Sequence record: MG752970.1
DNA length: 64,000 bases
Strand: one strand, 5' to 3'
The notes under the pieces are model-generated. The model was not told where the DNA came from. It made no database searches and saw nothing but the letters and a program-made list of their open reading frames with translations. This document shows, piece by piece, positions 37,631 to 49,000 of this stretch (within the stretch, counting starts at the first letter, position 1; each line of letters starts with the position of its first letter). A program made the position numbers and the translations under genes.

Positions 37631-38212
37631 TTAGTTTGCTACGTTACCGCCAAGAGCAGTACCAAGAGCATTCTTGTTATTAACTTCGCGTGCGTGGTCG
37701 AAACGGATAGTCAGTTGAATTGTAACTGCACCGGAATCTTGATAGTCCAGATCTCCGCGGTCAACGGCTTGCAGCCAGCAACCTTCGAGGATCCATTCTT
37801 CTAGAACGGTTTCATTACCATCAAGCATTTCCAATCTTGCACCAAACTTATAAGCTGACGCAGTTGGAGCGGTGTTCATCCATGGACCATCAGCTCCGAT
37901 CAGTTTTTGTTGGCGTTCTTGCTGTTCACCAATAACGGCGGCAGCCAAACCAGTAACATCATCTTCAACTGAAACGTTTAGAGGATCCCACGTATACTTA
38001 CCAGCAACATAAGCGGTAGTTGTATAACGGTGGATAGGAACTTCTTCAAATGACAGATTTGGTCTTGAAGTTGTAACGACCTGCATCGACAAGTCTGCAG
38101 TATTAGCTCCCGAAGCCATGTTCAGGAACGTGAGTCTCCACTTATTGCGATGCTTTGGGTGTAGATAACCTGTACCTACACCAGGAATTCCCATTTGACT
38201 GAGCGTGGACAT
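37631..38212 (-). CDS. gp19: tail tube protein (T4 gp19-like)
   Basis: PKHRNKWRL..RPNLSFEEV..YVAGKYTWDPL..EDD..W.LEGCW..LDY..IRFDHA; next to sheath. Confidence 0.85.
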   Translation of the reverse strand: MSTLSQMGIPGVGTGYLHPKHRNKWRLTFLNMASGANTADLSMQVVTTSRPNLSFEEVPIHRYTTTAYVAGKYTWDPLNVSVEDDVTGLAAAVIGEQQERQQKLIGADGPWMNTAPTASAYKFGARLEMLDGNETVLEEWILEGCWLQAVDRGDLDYQDSGAVTIQLTIRFDHAREVNNKNALGTALGGNVAN

Positions 38213-38281
38213 GTTTAAGAGTCTCCATAAAAGCTTTTACGATAATCTATTTATCGTTTATATGGAGCAAAACTATTGGGA

Positions 38282-39076
38282 TTACATTACCTCTTTCTTC
38301 AATATTTCTTCCACAGCTTCATAGAGTTTAGGAAGATTAAAGCTACCAATTTCATCCGCGCTGTAATACAAGCTCAGGAATGAAGACAAATCTACACGTA
38401 GATATGGTCTTTCGGCCGATATCATGAGCTCACAGTTACCCGGAATATGCTGAAGCGATCCAAAATTCTCAAAATCGTATTTCTCAAATTCCAAAGTCTT
38501 CATAAATTTGTATGCTTCGTATAGGAACTGATCAACGTCCGACTCATCTATTCCAGCATTCTTACAATCCCGCAGAAATTCATTTTTATCAAACTTTAGA
38601 GGTTCGATATCGTTCATTAACTTGATGCATCTATCCCAAGCAACAATACGCTTATCATTTCTGTCGAATACCATCTTATTAAATCTACCCACAGGGTTGA
38701 TCTCATACATATCCCTGTTCTTGGGTGAAGCTATAAGCCATGAATCTTCAGGAAGAAAAATCATGTTTAATCTTCCATACATTCCTATTTTTCCTGCTCC
38801 CTTTTGCGCAAATAAGCAGTTATTTCTGAAATGTTTAACACCAAATTCGTGCTCAGCAAATAGATTAAAGAAATTAGTTTCAGCGAATGTTGACGTTCTG
38901 GGTTTTCGATCTTTACGAATTACTTCGAAACTGGATACGGTGCTGTAATCATTTACACCGCGAAACCACGGCATGCCATTTGTTTTCTGAAGAAATGGTT
39001 TGAATTGACGAATTCGATCGAACAATTTCTTCTTTGCATCTTCTGGTACATCTTCGTAAAGATCTTTAAATTTCAT
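38282..39076 (-). CDS. hypothetical late protein, possible ART-like fold
   Basis: MKFKDLYE N-term; WFRG..RKDRKP..LFA..YG..IF; TAAATA box 39105-39110. Confidence 0.7.
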   Translation of the reverse strand: MKFKDLYEDVPEDAKKKLFDRIRQFKPFLQKTNGMPWFRGVNDYSTVSSFEVIRKDRKPRTSTFAETNFFNLFAEHEFGVKHFRNNCLFAQKGAGKIGMYGRLNMIFLPEDSWLIASPKNRDMYEINPVGRFNKMVFDRNDKRIVAWDRCIKLMNDIEPLKFDKNEFLRDCKNAGIDESDVDQFLYEAYKFMKTLEFEKYDFENFGSLQHIPGNCELMISAERPYLRVDLSSFLSLYYSADEIGSFNLPKLYEAVEEILKKEVM

Positions 39077-39111
39077 TATCACGTTTCCATTATTATGATG
39101 TGATTATTTAT

Positions 39112-40089
39112 TCACTTTACAATTGCATTGCAAAACCACTTACAAAATTGTTTTAATCCATCATCAAGATTTGTATATTGAATCTCACCAATTCGTTCTT
39201 CTGTTTTTGATACATCACAATGCGTCTTCCACACATCACCAGTCTGCGGAGGAAGATCCACTATTGTCGCCTGCTTCTGTACGTGATTTTCTATTATTCC
39301 AACAAAGTCCCGCAAATTCTCAGATACTGGGTTACCAATGTTATAAACGTTGCAGGCTTCTGGATCTGTGAGCTGCTTATCAATCAACCTACACACCATC
39401 TCAATAGCATCATCAATGAATGTAAATGATCTGTATTGATTTCCTCTATTAAAAAGTTTTATAATTTTGTCATTTAAGCATGCATTGGTGAACAACCATG
39501 GTGCCATGTCGGGTCGACCATATGGGCCATACACGGTAAAGAATCTAAAACCTATGCAATTCATGTCATACATCTTAGAGTATGAATGCGCCATCAACTC
39601 ATTGGCTTTCTTGGTGGCAGCATAGTAGCTAACGGGCTGATCTGTTGCTGCATCTTCTCTGTCATATCCTTCGAATGTATGTCCGTACACACTCGAGCTA
39701 CTAGCATAGAAAAAATTCTTAACTCCGTAGATGTGACAACATTCTAGAACGTTAGCAAATCCCACCAAATTAGATTCTGTTGTTTTTTCTGGTGAAATAA
39801 TTGATTTACGAATACCAGATTCTGCTGCCAAATGAATCACCATATCTGGTTTGATTTCTTTGAATGCATCCATCAATGCATTCATATCGGCAATGTTCAA
39901 CGTAAATAGAGCAAATGGATTCTTCCAGGCAGCACTTGTCAAATTTACCATTTGCTTTCTTAAATCGGTGACCTCAGAAGTATTTTCTCCTCTGTCTATT
40001 CCATAAACCTGGAATTTTTGGCTCATCAGCAGACGTCTTACTAATTGTGATCCTATAAATCCATAACAACCGGTGACTAGAACTCTCAT
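39112..40089 (-). CDS. NAD-dependent NDP-sugar epimerase (UDP-glucuronate 4-epimerase/WcaG-like extended SDR)
   Basis: VTGCYGFIG, HLAA, SSSSVYG, YAATKKANE (YxxxK), RFFTVYGPYGRPDMA. Confidence 0.9.
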   Translation of the reverse strand: MRVLVTGCYGFIGSQLVRRLLMSQKFQVYGIDRGENTSEVTDLRKQMVNLTSAAWKNPFALFTLNIADMNALMDAFKEIKPDMVIHLAAESGIRKSIISPEKTTESNLVGFANVLECCHIYGVKNFFYASSSSVYGHTFEGYDREDAATDQPVSYYAATKKANELMAHSYSKMYDMNCIGFRFFTVYGPYGRPDMAPWLFTNACLNDKIIKLFNRGNQYRSFTFIDDAIEMVCRLIDKQLTDPEACNVYNIGNPVSENLRDFVGIIENHVQKQATIVDLPPQTGDVWKTHCDVSKTEERIGEIQYTNLDDGLKQFCKWFCNAIVK

Positions 40090-40130
40090 ATGTTCTCCAT
40101 TTTGTCGATTACATATTTACCAGGCATGAA

Positions 40131-40154
40131 AAAGGGCAGCCTAGGCTGCCCTTT
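40131..40154. terminator. palindromic terminator
   Basis: AAAGGGCAGCCTAGGCTGCCCTTT after sheath gene. Confidence 0.75.
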
Positions 40155-40173
40155 GTTACCATAAAGATTACTC

Positions 40174-41745
40174 TTAGTGGATTTGATCTGCTGTATTTAC
40201 AACAGTGATTGGGATGTAGATGAATTCTGCCGCCTTAGTTGGCTTCAGTGCAACATCAATCCACAATTGGTTGTTGTCAATACGGACTGGAGTGTTGTTT
40301 GACTCATTACAGATTGTAGCGAAGTCATATAGTCCACGCTTAACCATAATATCAGCGAGGAAGCTATCAACCGTAGTTTTCAGATCAGCACGCGTAATTG
40401 GGTCATTTGGACGGAATACGAATGGCATTGCAGCCTTACGTAAAGCACGCTTGATGTACATCAAGAGACGCGAAACGTTAATGCGATCCATTGCTGAATC
40501 GGCAACCGCAGAAGTCTTCTGACCCCATACCAATAGACCACGAGTTGGGAATGCAACGATCGGGTTAATATTGGTAAAGTCTTGATACAGATCGTCTCGT
40601 TGACCTTGATTCAATGCAACCGATTGGAATGCGGTGGCAGTTCCAAGAGTTCCAGTAACATATCCAACGTCATCCACGTGGGTAACAACACCATTTCTGA
40701 CACCAGCTGGAGCGAACCATACTTCGGAAATATTGTCAGAATACGCAATTGTCTTCAACGCAACAGACGATGATGGAAGAACTATTGACTTACCATCAAG
40801 ATTTGATGTTAAAGCGTTACCATACCAATAACCAATTGATGTTGATTTTTGGCGAGCGGTTGTATTTGACCATGCCTTAACATCAGCTGAAGACATATTC
40901 ATTGGTGTATCACCAATAACGAATGCCTCATCAAGAACTTCTTGTGATAGTGAAACCATATCTACAGCGAGTTCTGGATATCCAGGGCATACGATCAAAT
41001 TGTATTCATAAACCTCTGAACGAACATCCTGTTGGCTATTGACAACTGCCTTCAAAGCTGTAACTACTGATGCACGTTTCGCTGCTTGGTCTACACCAAG
41101 TGGTTCTGGACCTGTGGTTACCGTCATCACAATAGTGAATGCGGAACCAGATGCAAATGGTGTTGAACCTGCAGTAATAGTGAAGTTGATTTTATTGCTA
41201 GTGAAAGCCGTACCAACAACCCCAGCTCCAATTGAACCGGATACTGAGCCAGTTACTGAGAAAGCCGTTGCGCTTGAGAATGATACCGTGATTGTTTCTG
41301 AAACCGTTGAAGATCCACCGGTGATTGAACCAATCGTTCCATTGCCAGTACCGGTAAAATTAGGTGTTGCTGGGGTGACGGTAACGGTTGGGACGTCTGC
41401 TAGATCCACATCAGCACGAACAACATATGCGCGATTACCTACACGCAGAAACTCATTAAGAGTTGCAACGCCATATTCATTACGGCAGTCGCCATGTAGT
41501 TGGTTACCAGAACTATCAGTACGGAATGCTGGGAGGCCGTACAATTCTAGTGATTGACGGATTGATGTGACTGTGCGAATTACAGCGCTTTCAGCGGTGC
41601 CTAAAGCGGTGGTGATTCCATCGGTCTGCTTTTTGTTTGCCTGCGTTGCCACGAAGATCAACGGAAGCGTTGGAGCAGCCGCCGGAACGTAAAAACTTTG
41701 ATCGTCGATCGTTACGCTAGTTCCTGGTGATACTAGTGATGCCAT
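40174..41745 (-). CDS. gp18: tail sheath protein (T4 gp18-like)
   Basis: LVSPGTSVT..D.S, WFAPAG..RG, QRDDLY..INPI..WGQKT..DRINVSRL, KPTKAAEFIYI. Confidence 0.95.
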   Translation of the reverse strand: MASLVSPGTSVTIDDQSFYVPAAAPTLPLIFVATQANKKQTDGITTALGTAESAVIRTVTSIRQSLELYGLPAFRTDSSGNQLHGDCRNEYGVATLNEFLRVGNRAYVVRADVDLADVPTVTVTPATPNFTGTGNGTIGSITGGSSTVSETITVSFSSATAFSVTGSVSGSIGAGVVGTAFTSNKINFTITAGSTPFASGSAFTIVMTVTTGPEPLGVDQAAKRASVVTALKAVVNSQQDVRSEVYEYNLIVCPGYPELAVDMVSLSQEVLDEAFVIGDTPMNMSSADVKAWSNTTARQKSTSIGYWYGNALTSNLDGKSIVLPSSSVALKTIAYSDNISEVWFAPAGVRNGVVTHVDDVGYVTGTLGTATAFQSVALNQGQRDDLYQDFTNINPIVAFPTRGLLVWGQKTSAVADSAMDRINVSRLLMYIKRALRKAAMPFVFRPNDPITRADLKTTVDSFLADIMVKRGLYDFATICNESNNTPVRIDNNQLWIDVALKPTKAAEFIYIPITVVNTADQIH

Positions 41746-41848
41746 CGTTTGACTCCTTTAATAACTTCTATGGGTTTTGACCCCTGTTCGATGAAGTATT
41801 TATTAGAAGTTAGGACCCAGAGTTTAAAACTAAGGATCCTAAGAAGCA

Positions 41849-43036
41849 TCAACCTATTAGAGATATTGTTAAAGATTCCGTAATTGACGCTCCAGCCGCA
41901 TCAACAGGGTTTTGTGAAACCCGAATAGTTTCGGGCATAATAGGGTCAAATCCGAATACATCTAAATCAGAATCATAAGCTCTATGATCGAATCCGCCAG
42001 GAAGAATAGAAATAGCAACACTAACCGAATCAGTAAAACTGATATAATCGGTGATGCTTACATGTTCTTTGATCCAAGTCTTTGAGAATGCTGCGTATGT
42101 TTCGCGCTGATCGACACGAATATCTATTGTAGTGTTGAGTGCAGGAGCATTATAGAATTCAAATACCCAATAATCTCTTCCTGCTTCATCAAAAACTCTA
42201 CGAACTACCCCTATAGAAGACAGATATAGATCGAATGGATCCCCATTCACCGCTGTAAGAGAATCAGCCGATCCATCATATCCAGTTGGAACTACGCTTC
42301 CGTCGCTTCCTATAAAACCCGCATATGTCTGAGATCCATCAGCAAGAATTTCACCATCATACGTGAATGGAACTCCAGCTCCAGTAAATCCACTATAGGT
42401 CTGTGATCCATCTGATGCAATGGATCCATCATATAGAAGATCTTGTGGAGTGGATAACTCAAATTTTGAATCATATGGATCTATGTCATAATAGGATCCA
42501 TCGCCCGTTCTAATAGGTATTAGTTTATAATCCTGCCACACCCCATTCAGAGCGATAAACACTCTGTCAAGCATGAATGTGTCAAAACAAATCTTAGAAC
42601 CGGATAGAGGAAAGTGTCCTGGATAAAACTGAACAATCGTTTTATCAGCACTCAATGAATAATCGATTCCCTGCGTTTGTTCAGCACCATCAACCAGAAT
42701 AAGCATTCCGATATTATGTGGAACTTTATACGCACCAGGCATTCCTGGAATTTCATCAGAAACACCCGTTTTTGTACACTGGTAGATCGATGAAGATCTT
42801 CTAGGCAAAACAGCAGGAGGAATTCTGTATGTAGTTCTGACGCCATCGGACACGGCGTTAACATCCCACATGGATGACAACTGGGTGTCTATTTCATGCT
42901 TTTCTGTAATACCTACACCAACATTCTCGTTTGAAGTATATTCTACTTCAACTTCTAAAACTTTGGTGTGGTACGGCTTAATGTCATTGACGTACGAAAT
43001 GAGACTTCGTACGTCTATTGAGTCTTGATTGAACAT
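41849..43036 (-). CDS. virion structural protein with Asp/Gly-rich YDG repeats
   Basis: YVNDIKPYHTK motif; repeated YDGxxxxDGSQTYxGFxG; in tail operon. Confidence 0.7.
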   Translation of the reverse strand: MFNQDSIDVRSLISYVNDIKPYHTKVLEVEVEYTSNENVGVGITEKHEIDTQLSSMWDVNAVSDGVRTTYRIPPAVLPRRSSSIYQCTKTGVSDEIPGMPGAYKVPHNIGMLILVDGAEQTQGIDYSLSADKTIVQFYPGHFPLSGSKICFDTFMLDRVFIALNGVWQDYKLIPIRTGDGSYYDIDPYDSKFELSTPQDLLYDGSIASDGSQTYSGFTGAGVPFTYDGEILADGSQTYAGFIGSDGSVVPTGYDGSADSLTAVNGDPFDLYLSSIGVVRRVFDEAGRDYWVFEFYNAPALNTTIDIRVDQRETYAAFSKTWIKEHVSITDYISFTDSVSVAISILPGGFDHRAYDSDLDVFGFDPIMPETIRVSQNPVDAAGASITESLTISLIG

Positions 43037-43047
43037 GCAAACAGTCC

Positions 43048-46000
43048 TTACGCGATTGAACTATTTAACGTTCTGATGGAGTACGCTGCAATGAAAGAAG
43101 TCTTAAAAATATCTGTCATCTCATAATTGCTTGTTAGCATATCTTCTAGAACGTTAAACATAATCTCGTTTATCTGTCTTCCTTTGGCCTCATTGTAGAT
43201 TCTCGTCATTGTTTCTCTAGTCGTTGCAGCATCAACAAAATAGCTGTCGATATTTGTCAAGTCTAGAAACTCAATATAATCAGTATGACCAGTGTTTTCT
43301 ACTACCAACTGTGTATTCATGATAGTGTACTTAATGGTTTCTATTGCCTGATCCTTATCTAGAAGAGCCTGATCATCCTCAAATCCAAATCTAGAATTAG
43401 TTGAATGCTTCAAGTCATAGGTTCTTCTTTCGAGAGAAGGAACCGAATTTCCAAATGCATCTGAACCAACTATAGTGTCAGTCAACTTATCCCACAGTTT
43501 CTTTGGAATTTTCGTAAGTTGCGCGCGGCGCATCAGTGACCATTCAGCATGCTTATTCTTTAGATCCATTTCATTCGGATTATCGCGTAGAATGAAATTG
43601 TTAGTAAAGCGTAGCTTGTAGAAATTGTCACGTGTCACAAATCTATTTAGACCGATAGTCACGAATGCTTTATAGCGATGTGGTAATGGTCCTTGTGCCG
43701 TAAAGCTTGCAAATATTGCGAACGGATTCGTATTATTCCGAAGCTGTTGAGCAACATTTTTAATAGAGAGTGTCTTGTTACCTTCAGCAACTGTCTTATC
43801 GGAAACCCAGAAATAATAAAGCGTCTTGGTCACACGACCATTTTCATCTCTAATTTCTCTAACAGTATACTGATAATCTTCTTTGTACTGGATAGTCTTT
43901 GAAGGATCATCAAAATCTGGTAGTAAATCAGGGTTGAAAGCTAAGTCATCTGACGTTGGAACATACTTACGAACTATCACGCGAACCTTGTCCCCAAGGT
44001 TAACATTCTTGGTGATAGTAACCGCATTGTTAATTATCTTCCAATCTGATACGTTCACGATTGATCCATTCACATACACGTTAATGCGCTGCTTCAGTTG
44101 ATCAGCGGTGTACGTAAAATGTGTAGCGTAGAATCCAGATGATTTATCGAATTTGACTTCGCGAACATCATCTTTCAATACACTCCAATCTCCCCACTTG
44201 TATGAATACTTCTTAATCTGAGTTCCATCTGAAGTAATGAGAGGATTACTAATTTCTGACTTTATCAGATTTACTATGAACGGACCGGCATTTACTACAG
44301 TTCCAACCCCGTAAACAGGTTCCCACTTGTTTTTAGGAGCAAGTAAATCCGCCGCAATATCAGCCGCGGTTGGTTGTTTCCACGCTGCCCAATATGTTGA
44401 TAGGCCATCACCTATAGCATTAAGCTCATCAACTGCTGCACCGTTCAGAACAAATGGATCAATGATAGTAACAGGAACCTGAGTTCTAATTATCACGTCA
44501 TGGTTTGCATTACCAAAATCCGCAGCAACAGCAGCTATACGTTGTGCTGACGTGGTATAGCCTGTTTGAGTCCAGTCGTACATCGTGTTGCCAACAATCA
44601 TTACTCCCAACTCATAGAAATTCATAGCCACTTGAGCACCCTGTAGATTAGGAGTATCCACAACCTTAACCGATTGAGACAAACTCGTCAGCATACTAGT
44701 AGCCCTAATGTATAAATCTGATCCAACGGTCTCACTTGTGAAGACGATAGGACCAATAGTGTTTCCTAGAGAATTTGCTGTGGTAGATCCAACCACATGA
44801 AGGTTAGACAGGAACGTTCCTGACATCATATCTGGTGAGAAATAATCAGATGATGATCCAATAATGTATCCTTCACTTCCGGTAATCTGAGCAGTACCAA
44901 ATGGCTGGTCATAAGAGTTCATTCCAGCAAATTGGCTACCAGTTGTTAAACCAAACGTTGACCAGCGATTTTCTGACAAGATAGCAACCGCTTCACCAAG
45001 ATCGTGATTTGTCAGCTTGATGCGTGCCTCACCAGATGCAGTGAAACTTCTTGGAGCTGACTCAGGAAAATCGGCATATTTCCAAGCAATAGGAGTGGAA
45101 GTCCAGGAACGTTCACGGAAGTAAACATCTTTGAGAGACGCTCTTCCTGTCACTCCAGTTTGCGCTTCATAGTCAGCGGGAGATACAGTACTTTCTGTCC
45201 ATTGGTACACATCAATGGAAGCCCAGTCTGCGATCGATCCCCATGTTGCTATACGTGCATCAATATTTGGGTAAATCTTTCTATCAAAATACGGAATGTA
45301 TCCCAAGTTATCCGTTTTCCACCACACTTTACCAACTTGATCTGAATCCCATGATCTCAATGGATCATAAGATTTGTTGGATACAATCTTCGTAGAATAA
45401 TTGTAGCGAGCAGGATCAGTGGCGCCTGTCACATCTATGTTTCCGGCGGCCGAGAATGTATGTGCTCCTCTTGCTGGATCCCACAACTGAATATCCGAAA
45501 CTATAACTTTATCTTGATAATCAATAAGCTTAGCTGGATTGAATTCAGGGCGAGCTGGACCCCAGCAGCGGGCAATAACATTTTGACCGGCCATTGAATC
45601 TCTGAATCGCACTGTTGAAGCGTTAACGTAATCGTAATCGGTTCCGGTAATTAACAGATTCTTGTTTAAATCCGATTTTAGATATATTTCTAAATGATCA
45701 GTGAAAATTTCGTTTCCATCTTCATCACGCAGATCGTAAAGAATACCAGGAACGATATTGTCAAACTCAACGTATCCTAGAACTTCTGCTTCGAAATAGT
45801 AACGAGAATCCTTGATATCATCAAGTGAGAACCATCTGTCATCATCCGTCTTGGTGATTCCAATAAATCCTGGATTTAGCGTATCGCCATCATCCAAGAA
45901 TTGCAACTTCATTGCCTTCTCATTGGCGTCATCCACACTGATTTTAATTTCTGGGAATTCCAAAATTCTGGCATCACCGTAATCCGCAACCTTGTAAGCC

Positions 46001-49000
46001 CAGAATTCATCTAGTTTAGCGTCAATGAATCTAGCAGAGTTCAAAAACGCTGTAAGTGAGAAGTTAGATCCCTTATTTGAAACCAAACCCTTCCAGTATC
46101 CAAATTGTGATTTTAATGGAATATCTAAATCATCCATGTAGGATTTTCTAGAAAATCCTAGCAATCCCGTGGCAGCATTTTGTGATTCTGATCCATAGTA
46201 CATGTTATCAAAATCATAAAAGTTTTGTAGACCCTTAACAGATTGCTCGATGTTCTTCTTAACCTCATTGCCCTGGATATAGTAACCACCAAATGACAAT
46301 CTTCCCGTAAATTCAGACTGACGAGTGATGTCCATGTAAAGGCGTGGAATACGCAGTCCCAAGAATCCATCATACAGTAGATGCGATGCGGTTATATCGC
46401 CAGAGTAATCATCAAAGATGACAACGTGCTCATACTTGTCAAGCAACAAGTGCATGCCTGCCATAGGAACATCAGAGATAAACTTCGTTTGTTTATCTTC
46501 ACGAAGAATACGCATACGCTCTGGACGAATAGAACGTCCTAGAATATCATACACATACTGCGACGCGCTTCCATCAATAAATGATTTGTGTGTGAATCCA
46601 CTAACGACACCAGATGGAGTATTAAACCAAACCTTCTGTGCAAATGGATTCATTAGCAAGGCGTCACCTGGCTTTGCTCCAGTGTATAGAGCATTCAGGA
46701 ATTTTTCAATGTAGAATTGCCAGTCAACATAACGTCCCGTTGCTGGGTCAATACGTGAATCTTCAAATGAAGAGAATTGCCATCCATCTTCTTCAAGTTT
46801 TGCAACATAACCAAAGATGAAGTTCACCAAATTCTGGATTCCACGAACAACGAATGGCGTAGGAATTTCCTTAACGTCCAGAGTATTGGTGAATTTTTTG
46901 TACTCATCTGTTACGTTGACTCCATCGAAGGCCTTGAATGTGGTGTATGGACCTGATGTGTCAAGCTCGTAGTACTTAATAGATGGATGTTTAGGATTAA
47001 ATGTCTGAATCTTAAAAATCCAATCTTGACCTTGATGATCTGGTGCCGATAAACCATTTTGCATTTTCATTGCGCCAGTGCGACCAACCTGTACGCGAAT
47101 AGCATCCAACCATGAATCAGCAACGTACTTGTTATTCTTGATTACAAATGTATGATCTGCGCGGATCAAATCAAACGTGTCACTACGCATGGTGAGTGCT
47201 TCAGTATCCAGCAATCCACCAACTCTATATCCCAATTTTGCAGTCCAATTTCTCAATAAAGAATTGTTCTTACTAATTGTAGTATCTACTGAGTTATAGC
47301 GATTAAGGTTGACATACCACTGACATAGACCAAGCATTGGTTTTGTAGTTGGAACAGTCATGTTGGTTGCAGTACCAACTACGCTGATTTTAGTTCCAAC
47401 CAACATATCGTACGCGCCATCATAAAATCTAAATGATATTGCGTTTGAACCTTCAACGTAAATTCCAGAGTTGCCCATCATGTAAGCGACAATGGTGTTA
47501 TTCTTTCTCAACGCAAATACACCAGAGAATGATGTTGCAGTTGGGTAAACGTACAATAGTTGCAGTTCAAAGAATGCTGATGAATCAAACATGTTCTCTA
47601 TCACTTGAACATGTTGATCTCCCGAGAAGAATGGATCACGCTTGATCAATTCACCATGGAGAACCATGTTTACATGCGAATCCTTTCTGTGATATGTTCT
47701 ATCAACGTCATATCCGTTAGTAGACATTACGGTTGGGTTATGACCCCATGTCTTTTCAACAAAGTTTATTGGATCTAGAAGGAATGATACAATTACGTTA
47801 TCGTAATTGAATTCTATTGATTTTCTCCAAATTAACTCAATAGGACCATTTTCACCGAATGTGTATCTGTCAGACGCACCAGATGGAATGCTATTAAGCA
47901 ATGCCTCACTCGATAGCGATGAAGTAGGTGATACATATGGTGGCAACAATTCATCAGTTTGAGTATTCACTGAGAATGGTTTTGTCCAGGCACCAGTTGG
48001 AGCTGGATGGCCAGGTGTAGTGTTGTGACGAATGTCATACCACATCTGATCAGTCCACATGCGACCGGTCCCTTGCTTTTGAGATGCTTCCAAAGTGAGC
48101 AAGAGTTTAGCAACACCAGTTCGAGCAGATGTAAACGTGATCTTGACTCTATCTTCAGATACGTGATCAACTCCATCTGGCCATATTTGATATCCATCTT
48201 CATCAAATACCCGAACTATAGGCTCATATCCGTAGTTGTGAGTTATATCCCATACAACCGATGGAACTTCCTGAATGTATAATCCAGTTGAGTAATTCAA
48301 GCCTGGCGATGGCTTCGATACGCCCGAATATAGATCATTCCACCATGAAGGCTGAGTTGTGTAACCTTGAAGTTTCCATGGCTCAAGGTTAGGTCTAGGA
48401 GTTCCGTAATATTGCTCATAAATGTCATACCAGCGGGCAGTTCCCTGGGCTACACCCGGAATGGTAGCGTTGTGATAATTCCACGTAAATGCATCAGATG
48501 GCAGAAAATCCGTACCATACGCGTCTTGATTATACTTGCTCGCAAATTGTGCGAACTGATTTTCCAACAATGTGTTAAACTGCGTTGGCATCAATGCCTG
48601 ATATTGTGCAGCATTCCACTTAAGAAGGCTCGTACCAAATGTCGTGAAAAATCCAACTTGACGATACAGTCTTTGTTCTAGACTTAGAAGTAAAGAAGCG
48701 AAAATATTACTAATACTAATTTTCTTCCATGCCATTTCTTCTGGGCGTGAGTTCCATGCAGCGCCATCATATTGATAGAGCGTATCAGTAGATCTAGAAT
48801 ACCAGAAATCTCCAGGTTTAGCACCAGATGGAGCAACAGATTGGTCGCTTATGACATCAAAGCTCTTTAATATTCTAGCTACAGGATCATACCAGAATTG
48901 ATTTTTGTATGGACGAATTGGAAGATCTTGACCAATAGTTCCTTGTGTTTTTGTTCCATCGCTTCTTAAACGCTTCTCAGCCGCGATGTTTGCCATCAAA

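Noticed and set aside
39112-40089. Epimerase as evidence of a bacterial capsule/LPS locus
   Set aside because: It is flanked by tail tube and sheath genes and has the phage late box; no bacterial housekeeping context.
41039-41557. 172-aa plus-strand ORF
   Set aside because: Antisense shadow of the Ser/Thr/Gly-rich part of the sheath gene.
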